Assembly: GCA_026418415.1 (NCBI GenBank)
Contig: JAOABK010000003.1
Coordinates: 1,685 to 65,684, forward strand
Origin: Pseudomonadota bacterium
Lineage (GTDB): Bacteria > CALINM01
Direction of reading: 5' to 3'
DNA length: 64,000 nucleotides
Shown in pieces: positions 1 through 10,460 of the stretch (positions are counted from its first letter, which is position 1; each line of letters opens with the position of its first letter). The translations under genes were made by a program, and so were the position numbers. The notes under the pieces are model-generated. The model was not told where the DNA came from. It saw only the letters and a list, made by a program, of their open reading frames with translations, and did not search any database.

Positions 1-1664
1 TCATTTTGCTTCATATTAACTGAAGATTTTTCAATAACAATACCATATTTGTTGTTAAAAATAGACGTTTTCAAAATGTCTATCTTCGAACAATTAACAA
101 TTTCTATTCCCCTTTGTGAATCAGATATAATTGAGTTTGTTATCTTTCCTGTTGAATCCTCCATTTTTATTCCTACCAAAGCGTTTTTTATCTTACCCTT
201 GTTAAACTCTAAATATCCTCTTTTTACACTAATTCCTTCCCAGTTTATACCTTCCCCTTCAGGCATAAATTCTACATACTCATTTTCAGCCTCTATAATA
301 AACTGGCCTTCCACAAGTATGCTTGCTTCTTTTCCCATATATAGAACCGAACCTTCCCCTACTCTTAACTCTATCCCTTTTGGAATAATTAATTTTTCTC
401 TTATTTTATATATTCCCATAAGATATAGGTCTTTATTTAATACTCCATCAATAACAAGGGGATCTTTAAGTATAAGGTGTGCTTTAACTGGCTCAGACAA
501 TTCTGATTCATTACCCGCTAAATCAATTGCTTTTACACGATAGTAATAAGTCTTACCTACTTCAAGTTCTTTATCTTCAAAATAATCATGTTCCACAAAA
601 CCAACTGTTTTATAACCAGAAAGGAGTTGTTCACTTCTCAATATTTCATAACCCCTAAGGTCAGGCGTACCTTTTAAGGGCTCCCATTTTAATATTATTT
701 TATCTGAATAACCTTTAACTTTTATGTTTTTTACAATCGATGGTGATTCTGTATCAATGGTCAACAATCCTGTAACGTCTATCCATCTGTTTTCGTAGCC
801 ACCAGCTCTCTTTAGATAAACTATAATAGGCACATCCTTTACACTATCTCCGTTCATTACTACATACTCACCAGTATAAACGCCAGGTTTTATTTCTCTC
901 ATAATAATCCCTTTTCTAAAATTACCAATATCAAAACTCGCAATCATACCAGAATCACCTTCTAAGCCAACTCTTATAATTTTACCTTTACCAAATGGTG
1001 ATTCTTTGACATTAGTAAGAACTTCTTTAATTGTCGGGAGTTTAAAGGCTTTTGCACCAGTCAGTACAGGGATTTTCTCAGTAATTTTATAACATAACTC
1101 GTTTAGAAGTCTTATTGATTGTATCTCCCTCAAATTTAATGCTGTTGTTACCGCTGTCATAATAGCAGAGAGAGGGGACATAGGAACACCGCCTTCATGG
1201 TATCTCACAGACTCCTTTATTCTAAGCACTTCTTTATTACTTTTAACATTATGCATTATTATTTCGGCTTCAATACCTAATTGAGAATAGGCTACTGCAT
1301 AAATCTTTTGATAATCTGTAACTTTGCCGTATATTAATCCATCACATCCTATTGCATCACAAATTTCCTTTGGTGACAAATCTTTATAAGATTTTCCTTT
1401 ACTTTTCTCTAAGAGATATATTTTTTCATCTACCAATTGAAGTTCCACATTTGTATAGTTTTTGCCAGAAAAATGATTATAAAAAGTCTTCCTTAACTGA
1501 TCAGCAATATTTATATCTTTATCATCACTTTCAAAAGGCAAAATGGCTACAATATGGGGATAATCCTCATCTTTAAGACTCTCTTTTAAATCATTCCCTT
1601 TATCTTGTGTAACAGTGCTACAGGCTATAAACATAAAAAAAATTATAAACAGAGCATTTTTCAT
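1..1664 (-). CDS. Lipoprotein (5'-complete, 3' end runs off window): DUF799/GNA1162-like N-domain + fibronectin-III domain + right-handed beta-helix repeats
   Basis: ATG at 1662-1664 (minus). My own translation gives MKNALFIIFFMFIACS (lipobox), then LPFESDDKD...GCDGLIYGKV (DUF799-like), KVKGYSDKIILKWEPL...YYYRVKAIDLAGNES (FN3), and NKYGIVIEKSSVN beta-helix-like repeats. Absent from ORF track because it lacks an in-window stop. Confidence 0.6.
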   Translation of the reverse strand, partial: MKNALFIIFFMFIACSTVTQDKGNDLKESLKDEDYPHIVAILPFESDDKDINIADQLRKTFYNHFSGKNYTNVELQLVDEKIYLLEKSKGKSYKDLSPKEICDAIGCDGLIYGKVTDYQKIYAVAYSQLGIEAEIIMHNVKSNKEVLRIKESVRYHEGGVPMSPLSAIMTAVTTALNLREIQSIRLLNELCYKITEKIPVLTGAKAFKLPTIKEVLTNVKESPFGKGKIIRVGLEGDSGMIASFDIGNFRKGIIMREIKPGVYTGEYVVMNGDSVKDVPIIVYLKRAGGYENRWIDVTGLLTIDTESPSIVKNIKVKGYSDKIILKWEPLKGTPDLRGYEILRSEQLLSGYKTVGFVEHDYFEDKELEVGKTYYYRVKAIDLAGNESELSEPVKAHLILKDPLVIDGVLNKDLYLMGIYKIREKLIIPKGIELRVGEGSVLYMGKEASILVEGQFIIEAENEYVEFMPEGEGINWEGISVKRGYLEFNKGKIKNALVGIKMEDSTGKITNSIISDSQRGIEIVNCSKIDILKTSIFNNKYGIVIEKSSVNMKQN

Positions 1665-1677
1665 GTTATAACCCCTC

Positions 1678-3780
1678 TTATTTAGTTTTTGCATCAAAAA
1701 CCCCTTGCCATTCAGATTCTGGAGGATTTTTAATGTAGTTCTCACATCTTTCAAGAAATACAAAAGAAGGATAATCATTGAACCTTAAATAAAGCTCTTC
1801 ATATATTTTCTTTGCTTCAAAAAAATCTTTTTTCAAATACAGACTAAATGCTTCTTCATATTTTTTTATAAGCCCATCATCTAAAGTATTTGACAACTCA
1901 TAAATGGATATTGGTATTGTTTTTCCTTTTACCCTTATCACATCTAATTGTCTTATCTTAAATATACTTCTATCTATCTTTTTTGCCGTAAACTCGCTAA
2001 TTATAATATTTGTTCCATAAATTTTGTTCATTCCCTCAAGTCTTGATGCTAAATTTACAGTATCACCAATTGCTGTATAATCAAATCTTATATCTGTACC
2101 CATATTTCCCACTATCACCATACCAGTATTTATACCAATCCCAATATTGATCTCAGGGAAACCTTTATCTTTAAACTCTCTATTTACATCACCAAGTTTT
2201 TCAATCATCATCAAAGCGCTTTTACAACATAAATTCGCATGTTCCTTTAAATCCAAAGGTGCATTAAATAATGCCATAATTGCATCACCTATATACTTGT
2301 CAAGAGTCCCCCCATTTTTCAATATTATATTTGTCATTGGAGAAAGGTAACTATTAAGTAATTGTACAAGAGCTTCAGGTTCCATCTGTTCAGAAAGAGT
2401 TGTAAACCCCCTTATATCTGAAAAAAGAATAGTAACTTCCTTTTTTTGCCCGCCCAATCTTAAGATTTCTGGATTTTTTATAACCTCGTTTACCAATTCT
2501 GGTGAGACGTAGCTGGAAAAAGCCTTTTTTAGAAATCTGGTTTGTCTTTCTTCTACAAGGTTTCTATAAGTTTCACAAAAAAGATAGGTTAACACTATTG
2601 ATAAGAGTGGGTAAAAAATAGAAGTGTTAAATGGCACAATTTGAAAAATATACGAATTCGTAATATAGTAAATTATTAGTAAAACAACAAAAATAATTAA
2701 TCCTACCAATGTCTTGCTTGTCAGGTTCAAAAGAAAAGATAAAATTAATCCCAATGTGACAATAAATAATACATCTATAATCGTAACAATTCCATCTTTA
2801 ATAAGGACATGATTTTTTAAAATATTAGAAGCTACCGTTGCATGTATGAAAATACCAGGTAAAACTGGATTAACAGGGGTAGCTCTTACATCGCCAACTC
2901 CAATCTCTGTAGCGCCTACAAAAACAATGGCATTTTCAAAGATTCTTTCCTCAAGCTTCCGATTAATAACATCCACTGCAGAATAAACTCTAAAACTGTC
3001 AGTTTTATCATAATAATTAATGGTTACCCTTCCGAACTCATCAACAGGAATAATTTTATCACCTAATAAAATTTTTTTTACTCCATAAATTTCTAACTCT
3101 AAAACGATCTCTTGATTGAGAAAGTGTTTTAAAGATGCTAATGCAATAGATGGATAAATAAAACCATTATATTTCAATAGAAGATTTTGTTTTCTAATAA
3201 TACCATCTCTATCAGGAATAATATTAAAGAAACCAGAATAGGAAGATGATTTTTCTATCACTGGTATATTTAACTCAACCCCGTCATAGGATGGTAAATA
3301 AACATCTCTAATGCCCTCACTTGTTTTAATTATTTTGACCCTTTTTGATTCAAATAAAGATTTAATCTCATCATTTAGATTTACTCTCCCTTCTCTAAAA
3401 AAATATCCAAGAACGACATTGTTTTTTCTATTTATCGAATTACTTAAAACACTATCATTAGCTACATTTGAAGATTCAGAAAAAACTATATCAAGAGCTA
3501 TAGTTTGAGCGCCATAATTTCTTATTCTATCAATAAGTTTTGCAATAATCTTTCTATCCCATGGCCACCTACCAAGTTCATTGATACTCTTTTCATCTAT
3601 TGCAACAACAACCACTCGATTATCAAGGTCATTAAAACTTCTTGTTTTAAATCTTACGTCTTTTAACTTAAGTTCAATGGCATCAAAAAAATCTAACTGC
3701 CAGAAATACAGAATTGATGATAGAATTGAAGCTAAAAGGCCGAGAAGAAAAAATATTTTTAGTTTTTTATACTTTTTCAT
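1678..3780 (-). CDS. Class III adenylate/guanylate cyclase with N-terminal CHASE2 sensor domain and TM segments
   Basis: CHASE2-like N-terminus (VVVVAIDEKSINELGRWPWDR), multiple TM helices, cyclase catalytic motifs (FSDIRGFTTLSE...YIGDAIMALF...GINTGMVIVGNMG...DYTAIGDTVNLASRLE). Confidence 0.85.
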   Translation of the reverse strand: MKKYKKLKIFFLLGLLASILSSILYFWQLDFFDAIELKLKDVRFKTRSFNDLDNRVVVVAIDEKSINELGRWPWDRKIIAKLIDRIRNYGAQTIALDIVFSESSNVANDSVLSNSINRKNNVVLGYFFREGRVNLNDEIKSLFESKRVKIIKTSEGIRDVYLPSYDGVELNIPVIEKSSSYSGFFNIIPDRDGIIRKQNLLLKYNGFIYPSIALASLKHFLNQEIVLELEIYGVKKILLGDKIIPVDEFGRVTINYYDKTDSFRVYSAVDVINRKLEERIFENAIVFVGATEIGVGDVRATPVNPVLPGIFIHATVASNILKNHVLIKDGIVTIIDVLFIVTLGLILSFLLNLTSKTLVGLIIFVVLLIIYYITNSYIFQIVPFNTSIFYPLLSIVLTYLFCETYRNLVEERQTRFLKKAFSSYVSPELVNEVIKNPEILRLGGQKKEVTILFSDIRGFTTLSEQMEPEALVQLLNSYLSPMTNIILKNGGTLDKYIGDAIMALFNAPLDLKEHANLCCKSALMMIEKLGDVNREFKDKGFPEINIGIGINTGMVIVGNMGTDIRFDYTAIGDTVNLASRLEGMNKIYGTNIIISEFTAKKIDRSIFKIRQLDVIRVKGKTIPISIYELSNTLDDGLIKKYEEAFSLYLKKDFFEAKKIYEELYLRFNDYPSFVFLERCENYIKNPPESEWQGVFDAKTK

Positions 3781-3786
3781 ACATAC

Positions 3787-4863
3787 TTATTTTAAAAGCT
3801 TGAGTATAGTATCTACATTGCCTATATACCTGCCTTCAGGAAACTCTTTTTTATACTGTAGTAATCTTTCTTTTGCTGAATCAAAAAACTTAAGTTCATA
3901 AAGAGTCATTGCTGTTAAATACAACGCTGTTTCACGTTGTGGCACATTTGGATATTCTTCAAGAATAAGTAAATATTCTGCCAAAGCAGACTCTGCATTT
4001 TTTAAAAATCTCGAATAAACTGCTCCTCTCTCTAATCTTGCATCACTTCTTATTTCGGGATTATCAGTCAAATCTAAGGCAATTTGAAAAACATAAAGTG
4101 CTTCCTCATACCTTCCTGAATCTGCTAAATAATGACCATAATTAATATTCCATCTTGCTATTATATGAGGCAAACTATCTGAAATCTCCCAATCTTTAGG
4201 AGGTTTGGCTGAAGTAATCTCAGAAAAATATTTTTTTGCTGTCTCAAGTGGGGTATTGGGTTCTACCTTTACTGGATCAGTTGGCGTTAATCCTCTTGTA
4301 TTTTGAACCATAGTATCATATGTTAAGAACTTGCCCTGTTCTAACTGCCCATAAATCTCAACAACTCCTTCATTACCAAAAAAGACATTTGCCTCTCCTC
4401 TTGTCATCATCATAAATTCTGTACCCTTTACCCCTGCTACAGCAGTTGGGCTTTTTATTTTAAAATCTACCTTATCTTGTGACATCTTGACTATAGATGC
4501 TCTTAATTTTCCCTGCATCATACTAAATACACCCTTTTTGGTTTTTTTACTAATTAGAAATTCTGTAATTTCCAATTCACTATTATTGGCTATGGTTAGT
4601 TTACTACCATCAACAAAAGTGAGTAATGCCCACCCATCATTACCTGTCTTTATCCAGCTACCAATAGCTAATCGAGAACCCTTTTTTGCTTCCCCATAAA
4701 TAACATTTTTTTTATCCCTAATATGAACAGATCCAGATTTTTCTGATATTAATGCTACATATTCGTTTGCCCAAGATAGGGTTGTATAAAGTTGAAATAT
4801 TATAATAGATATAATTAAAAATTTCCCCATATCCGCCTCCTTCTCTAATAAAATTGATAGCAT
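3787..4863 (-). CDS. FecR-domain protein with C-terminal TPR repeats (typical partner of CHASE2 cyclases)
   Basis: Signal peptide; FecR-like core (GSWIKTGNDGWALLTFVDGSKLTIANNSEL...VAGVKGTEF); TPR-like C-terminus. 6-nt gap to the cyclase gene. Confidence 0.7.
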   Translation of the reverse strand: MLSILLEKEADMGKFLIISIIIFQLYTTLSWANEYVALISEKSGSVHIRDKKNVIYGEAKKGSRLAIGSWIKTGNDGWALLTFVDGSKLTIANNSELEITEFLISKKTKKGVFSMMQGKLRASIVKMSQDKVDFKIKSPTAVAGVKGTEFMMMTRGEANVFFGNEGVVEIYGQLEQGKFLTYDTMVQNTRGLTPTDPVKVEPNTPLETAKKYFSEITSAKPPKDWEISDSLPHIIARWNINYGHYLADSGRYEEALYVFQIALDLTDNPEIRSDARLERGAVYSRFLKNAESALAEYLLILEEYPNVPQRETALYLTAMTLYELKFFDSAKERLLQYKKEFPEGRYIGNVDTILKLLK

Positions 4864-5024
4864 AGGTTGTTATCTTTGAAAAGGTAATTTTTACAATTTT
4901 AATTTTAGTATAAATTACAAAAGAAGATCCGCTTTCAGACAATCATTCACAGGTTAATTTAATAGGTGCCCTATTAGAATTTTTTTCAAAAATAAAAAGC
5001 TCTTGTAAAAGTAAAAACTAATAT

Positions 5025-6233
5025 CTACCTTAATTTACTACTTTGTTTTAAAGATGTTATTAAGGCTTCGAATATATTTAGCCTTTGTTGGTAAATGGGA
5101 ATTAATGTATTTTCGTTAGTCGTGTCTTGCTTGTTTACTAACTTTTGTTGTAATGATAGTTCCAATCTGTTAAGTATTTCGTTTATTTTTATCATTTCCT
5201 TTTCAAAATCTATTAATAATTTTGTTAATTCATCCCTACTTTTTTGTCTTAAATCTTCTGGAAAACTTAAATTTTTAGCCTCGATTAGCATGTTATTGCT
5301 CCAGCGTATTTCTTCTGAATCGTTATAGTTAGAAAGGTATATAAAATACTCAACTCTTGGTAATACATCTTCTCTTACATCAATAGCAATTGGTCTATCA
5401 TTTAAAATCTTTGCACTTACTGCAGTAAGTTTTTTCAAACCTAACTTTTTGGGGGTTGAAACTATTGGCTTCCAACCTTCTTCCTCTTTTATTGCAATAA
5501 CTATGCTCTCTAAGGGGTTTGACAAAATTTTAGGATACTCTTTCCAAAATTGAGCAAGAGCAAGATCATAAACATTTTTACCTTCCTTTGAAGCTTTTTC
5601 TGACTGAGTAAGAGCAACAAATACCCAATAAGGCTCACCATATAAGCTTATCTTATGAATCCTCGCTTTTCTATATTCGTACATATCCTTAAGTTTTTTT
5701 GAATCTTCTTCATTTATTGCTTTTACAGCATATTCAACTATTGTCTGCTCTTCATTGGGCTCAAACTCTTCTCTTGAATGAAAAAGGGGTGCTAAAAAAA
5801 ACCATAGTCCAGGGAAATATTCTGTCCTCTCAAATTTGTAATAGATCTCTTTTTTGGGCAAAGTTGCTATTTTTAAACTGCCCCGACATATATTATATTT
5901 CTCCATCATTGGCACTGGTATAGTCATCAATGAAAATGCTGAAATTAAAGAATATGCTGGATCTGATTGACGAATGTCAGAATCACAGTTCAAATTCAAA
6001 AAAACTGGTAGTGAAGAAAAATCATCATAAAATATATTTGGATAATATTTCCGCGCATTTTCTGTAAAATTATAATTCCAATTATTCTTATTAACTATTA
6101 GAGAAAAAGTTGTATTATCTATTTTCATTTCCTTTTTTGATGGCTCATATTCAAACATACCAGTCTTTGTAACAGTAGCACAGTTGGAAAGGAGTAATAA
6201 TAATATAAAAAGCCAGATAAAATTTCTAATCAT
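5025..6233 (-). CDS. Hypothetical lipoprotein
   Basis: N-terminal signal with lipobox LLSNC; no recognisable catalytic motifs. Confidence 0.5.
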   Translation of the reverse strand: MIRNFIWLFILLLLLSNCATVTKTGMFEYEPSKKEMKIDNTTFSLIVNKNNWNYNFTENARKYYPNIFYDDFSSLPVFLNLNCDSDIRQSDPAYSLISAFSLMTIPVPMMEKYNICRGSLKIATLPKKEIYYKFERTEYFPGLWFFLAPLFHSREEFEPNEEQTIVEYAVKAINEEDSKKLKDMYEYRKARIHKISLYGEPYWVFVALTQSEKASKEGKNVYDLALAQFWKEYPKILSNPLESIVIAIKEEEGWKPIVSTPKKLGLKKLTAVSAKILNDRPIAIDVREDVLPRVEYFIYLSNYNDSEEIRWSNNMLIEAKNLSFPEDLRQKSRDELTKLLIDFEKEMIKINEILNRLELSLQQKLVNKQDTTNENTLIPIYQQRLNIFEALITSLKQSSKLR

Positions 6234-6251
6234 TTTATTACCTCCACCTTA

Positions 6252-7196
6252 TCAAAAATTTCTTTCAATTTTTAATATTTTATCAATTTTATAGTTAAAC
6301 CTTTTTAAATCATCAATATTTTTCAGTTCAAAAATACCAAAATTTTTAGTTAAGAGTACATACAAACTATTATTTTTGAGATAAATCTCTGGTTCTTCTA
6401 TCTGCAAAAACTCTATTGCATAACCATCTTTTATGTACCCAACTCCATGCTTTGTTTTATAAATTAATCCTACATCTTGAGAAAATAACAGTTCAATTAT
6501 CTCTTCACGGGGATGCTCGTAATAAAAGTTCAAATTGCTTCCATTATATTCACTAATCCTTTTACCATGGGCAATATAAATCTTTTTATTCAAACCCGTT
6601 ATCGAATTAATTTTTTCATTTACCTCTGTGATTTTTTCAAAAACCTTTTGCTCCCTATTAAATATATAAACCTCATAAATGCCCCTTTTTTCATTATAAC
6701 CAGAGCCATATAATGAATTTTTATCCCCTATATGGATATCAAAATTTCTTCCTGGTAGTTTAATAATAGGTTTAATATTTAATAAAGGAACAGCGGTATT
6801 TTTTTTTGTTAACTCACCATAGGAGAGATTTTCCTCTTCTAAAAAAACAAGAGAGTCTTGTTCCCATAATAAAAACTTTTTAACTGGCTTATTGGTTTTA
6901 AATAATCCCCCCGTTATAGGGTTCTGAATAATTCTTTTATCAAATAGAATTAATGGATTATTTTTTTTATCAACAATGAATTGTATATTGCTGACTTTTT
7001 GTTCAATCTTCTCGTTTAAGGGAGCCAATATCCAATTAATTTTTATATTACTTTGCTCTGGTAGAATTAAATAAGCCTTTGTGAGTATTTCTACTTTTTC
7101 GGCAATAAGATTTTTAGGAATAAATAGAAATAAAAAAAGTATAAGAAAAACAAATCTTTTTTCTTCAGTTAGCAAATTTATAGCACTCTTACTCAC
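6252..7196 (-). CDS. Hypothetical secreted/membrane-anchored protein
   Basis: Hydrophobic N-terminus (FVFLILFLFLFIP); long ORF with Lys/Ile-rich codon usage consistent with its neighbours; overlaps upstream gene by 8 nt. Confidence 0.45.
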   Translation of the reverse strand: MSKSAINLLTEEKRFVFLILFLFLFIPKNLIAEKVEILTKAYLILPEQSNIKINWILAPLNEKIEQKVSNIQFIVDKKNNPLILFDKRIIQNPITGGLFKTNKPVKKFLLWEQDSLVFLEEENLSYGELTKKNTAVPLLNIKPIIKLPGRNFDIHIGDKNSLYGSGYNEKRGIYEVYIFNREQKVFEKITEVNEKINSITGLNKKIYIAHGKRISEYNGSNLNFYYEHPREEIIELLFSQDVGLIYKTKHGVGYIKDGYAIEFLQIEEPEIYLKNNSLYVLLTKNFGIFELKNIDDLKRFNYKIDKILKIERNF

Positions 7197-8223
7197 CTTT
7201 AAAATACCTGTATAATATTTTCTGAGTCGTCGTCATGCTTTCTTCAAAATCCTTTACAAACTCGTCCTTATTAAAATTAAATCCTAAAACATTCCCAGCC
7301 TGTTCGGTTTCCTCAAGAAATTTATCAACGGAACTAAAAGCAATCTTCGAATAAATTTTTCTTCCTATATCAGAAATACCTGACTGGATTGAGGTCATAG
7401 GTTTACATAACCAGCTAACAGCATAATTTACTGTCTCAACGCCAGCAGATTCCTTTCCCTCTACTGCGCCTGCTACCGCAATTTTCACAATCGGCAGACC
7501 ATGTCCGTAAATCTTTGAACCCCAATCTTTTCCATATTTTTCAGACAATTTCTCAATCACATCTTTACCTGTATCTTCGATTTTCTCTATCGTTTTGTCC
7601 ATAATTACGTTGCCAAAGACACTTGCTATATCGTTAAAAAGGGGCGTCTCATTTTGTTTAAATTTGCTATCTCCTTCCTTATCTTTTTCTCCATCAACAA
7701 CTAATAATGATGCTATCTTTTTATTTCTATTTTTTATCGTTCCTGTATTTGTAGCCCCCTGTTTGTTTATATTACGCCATTTGTTTAAAATCTCAAACCT
7801 TTCTTCTGCCTCTTTTCTTAAACGCTCTTCTTCTAATCTTCTTAACTCCTCTGGGGAAGGACCATATTTTACAGGACTAAAAGCAGACTGAAAAATGGAA
7901 TTAAAAACTGGTTGGAGAATACCCTGAATCATCATTAATTGCATCTGTTGTTGAGTTGTAAATCCTTTCGGTGTTATAGGGATTGATGTAGAGCCACCAC
8001 CTTTAGGAGTGCATACAGGACTTGAGTTTGGACTCGGACAGTAACAATCATGGGTTGCTAAAAAATCTCTCATTTGGACATTAGCTTTCAAAGATTCTAA
8101 TGTCGAATAACAATCTATAACAGCTTTAGGCGTTGGGATTTGAGCATTTGCTAAACTAATAAGGAAAAACATCAATAAAAGGAAAACAATACTTGAACAT
8201 GAAGTAAATTTCCCTACCCCCAT
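7189..8223 (-). CDS. Hypothetical secreted Cys-rich protein with coiled-coil segment
   Basis: Signal peptide ending LANAQ; Cys cluster (CYST...HDCYCPSPNSSPVCTP); EERLRKEAEERFE coiled coil. Confidence 0.45.
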   Translation of the reverse strand: MGVGKFTSCSSIVFLLLMFFLISLANAQIPTPKAVIDCYSTLESLKANVQMRDFLATHDCYCPSPNSSPVCTPKGGGSTSIPITPKGFTTQQQMQLMMIQGILQPVFNSIFQSAFSPVKYGPSPEELRRLEEERLRKEAEERFEILNKWRNINKQGATNTGTIKNRNKKIASLLVVDGEKDKEGDSKFKQNETPLFNDIASVFGNVIMDKTIEKIEDTGKDVIEKLSEKYGKDWGSKIYGHGLPIVKIAVAGAVEGKESAGVETVNYAVSWLCKPMTSIQSGISDIGRKIYSKIAFSSVDKFLEETEQAGNVLGFNFNKDEFVKDFEESMTTTQKILYRYFKGE

Positions 8224-8307
8224 TTAATTATCCTTTTTAGATTTTCTAATTAAATTAATATCATATAACAATTGCATTGAAAAGATGATTTTTAAAAATT
8301 TATGCTT

Positions 8308-8910
8308 TTACTTTGGCTTTATGATATTTAGTTTTAATAAGTCTGTGATAACCTCTACAAGCGGCAAACCAACAACGTTTGTATAGGATCCCTCTATTTT
8401 TTCTATCATAAACAATCCATGCCCCTGAACAGCATAGGCACCTGCTTTATCAAGGGGCTCACCTGTTTTTACATAATTTTCAATTTCTTGCATTTTCATT
8501 CTTTTAAATTTAACCTGAGTTCTAACACTTTTGACGATTTGAATATTTTTTGATGGTACTGCTATGCAATAGGCAGTAAATACAGTGTGCCATTTCCCTT
8601 CAAGTGCTTTCAAAATAGATATCGCTTCTTTCTCATCCCCAGGTTTCTCATAAATTTTCTTTTTTCTCACTACGATTGTATCTGCTGATATAAATGCTCC
8701 ATTTTTGAGACTTAATTTTTCAAGGGTGGTCAAAAGCTTGTTTAATGCTTTCTTCTCTGCATAGTATCTTGGAGACTTAAACTTGAATGTTATTTCTTCA
8801 CCAAAGGGTTTTATTACTTCAAAATTAATGCCTAAGCTTTTTAAAAGTTCTGAACGCCTTGGAGATGAGGAAAGCAAGTATAACGGATAATCACAATTTG
8901 TATAAATCAT
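8308..8910 (-). CDS. maf: Maf-like nucleoside triphosphate pyrophosphatase (septum formation protein Maf)
   Basis: LSSSPRRSELLKSLGINFEV N-terminus and overall Maf-family pattern, ~200 aa. Confidence 0.8.
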   Translation of the reverse strand: MIYTNCDYPLYLLSSSPRRSELLKSLGINFEVIKPFGEEITFKFKSPRYYAEKKALNKLLTTLEKLSLKNGAFISADTIVVRKKKIYEKPGDEKEAISILKALEGKWHTVFTAYCIAVPSKNIQIVKSVRTQVKFKRMKMQEIENYVKTGEPLDKAGAYAVQGHGLFMIEKIEGSYTNVVGLPLVEVITDLLKLNIIKPK

Positions 8911-10460
8911 AAAAACCCTCTTAGGGTCTTTACAATTTCTTCCTTTTTTGAAGTTGAATTAATTTTTAAAAGCCTAAAAGACTGCAATTCCTCAGGTGGT
9001 TCGAACTCCTTTATCTGTCTTTTTAAAATCTCTTCATGGGCATCTGATATATCTTCACCTCTTCTTCTTCTCTCCTCTATTCTTTTGAAAAGCTCTCCTT
9101 CTGGAGCAAAAAAGTTTATAAAGAATGGCTCAAAACCTGCTTCCTCACAAGCTTTTATAACAAGATCTCTCTGCCACCTTTTTAAGAATGTTGCATCAAG
9201 AATAACCTTCCTGCCCCTTTTAATATCTTCTAACATTAGTTCAATCATTGCTTTATATGTTTTAGCAGTCATATCACTGCTGTAAATATCTTGACCAAAG
9301 CCAACATATACATGCTTATCAGGGGTTTGTCCAGCAATCTTTTTTCTTATTTCATCTGAACGAATAACAATGTGGGATTCTAAAAACTCCTTTGCGATTG
9401 TACTTTTACCCGAACCCGAAAGTCCAAAAAAAATTATTGGATTAAACTTATTACTCTCCTTTAAATAACTCTCTGCGAGACTAAAATAATCCCTTGCCTT
9501 TTTTATTATTTTTTGTTTTTTATCATCTTCAGATTGGGTATCTGAAATGAAGCCCTCTACTTTACCCCTCACAACTGCTCTATAGACCTTGTAAAATTTA
9601 ATCAGATCTTCATTTATCGCCTCTTGATAACACTCTTCATAAACTTTTCTAACAATTGATGATAAGTCATATCTTCCATTGAATTCGAGGTCCATAAGTA
9701 AAAAAGATATATCATTCAAAACATCATCAATTCTGAACCTATTATTGAACTCAATGCAATCAAAGATTACCGGTGGGGCAACAAGAGAAATGTGTTGAGA
9801 ATGTAAATCTCCATGTATCTCTTTCACAAAACCCGTTTTCTTTCTGTTGTAAAAGAGCCCCTTTTTTGTTTTTAAAAAATCCCTTGTGTAGGATTTTATT
9901 TTATTATAAGTCTGGTTGTCTATTGTCTTTCCTATGTAAGGTTTTACCTGTTCAAAATTCTCTTCACAGCTAAAAACTGTGTTGCTATAAATACTCATTT
10001 TACCTTTGTAAGGGGGTATGGTTTTATGAAATTCCGCAATATGTTTCGCAACTTTATCGACCACATTATAAAGTACACAACCATTTTGAATTTTATTAAA
10101 AAGTATGGTTTTATCATCAATACGATTCATTTTAATAGCATATTCAACAATTTTTGCCCCTCGACTTTTTTTAAAGGAATATCCTCTATTTGAATAATAT
10201 ATTGGCAAAACCCCAAGATATAAGTCCTTAGATAACCTTGAATTTAATATAACCTCTCTATGGCAGTAAAATCTTCTTCTTTGAAGAGTCGTAAAATCTA
10301 AAAATCCAAAATTAACTGGTTTCTTTATTTTATAAACGTATTCACCAGCGATAAAAACATGGGATATGTGGGTCTCGATATGCTTTATATCCTGAGTTTT
10401 ATGGGAATAACTGGTTGGATCTAAAAAAAAATCAAGTAAAGTTTTTTCTGGATTAAGCAT
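8907..10460 (-). CDS. Bifunctional phosphotransferase-fold (APH-like) / P-loop kinase protein
   Basis: N-terminal kinase-like region (HGDLHSQHISL) and C-terminal Walker A (FFGLSGSGKSTIAKEF); overlaps neighbours by 4 and 8 nt. Confidence 0.55.
   Translation of the reverse strand: MLNPEKTLLDFFLDPTSYSHKTQDIKHIETHISHVFIAGEYVYKIKKPVNFGFLDFTTLQRRRFYCHREVILNSRLSKDLYLGVLPIYYSNRGYSFKKSRGAKIVEYAIKMNRIDDKTILFNKIQNGCVLYNVVDKVAKHIAEFHKTIPPYKGKMSIYSNTVFSCEENFEQVKPYIGKTIDNQTYNKIKSYTRDFLKTKKGLFYNRKKTGFVKEIHGDLHSQHISLVAPPVIFDCIEFNNRFRIDDVLNDISFLLMDLEFNGRYDLSSIVRKVYEECYQEAINEDLIKFYKVYRAVVRGKVEGFISDTQSEDDKKQKIIKKARDYFSLAESYLKESNKFNPIIFFGLSGSGKSTIAKEFLESHIVIRSDEIRKKIAGQTPDKHVYVGFGQDIYSSDMTAKTYKAMIELMLEDIKRGRKVILDATFLKRWQRDLVIKACEEAGFEPFFINFFAPEGELFKRIEERRRRGEDISDAHEEILKRQIKEFEPPEELQSFRLLKINSTSKKEEIVKTLRGFL

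Noticed and set aside
49-543. Plus-strand 164-aa ORF at the window start
   Set aside because: Low-complexity translation lying antisense to a well-supported minus-strand lipoprotein gene (FN3 + beta-helix domains). Spurious.
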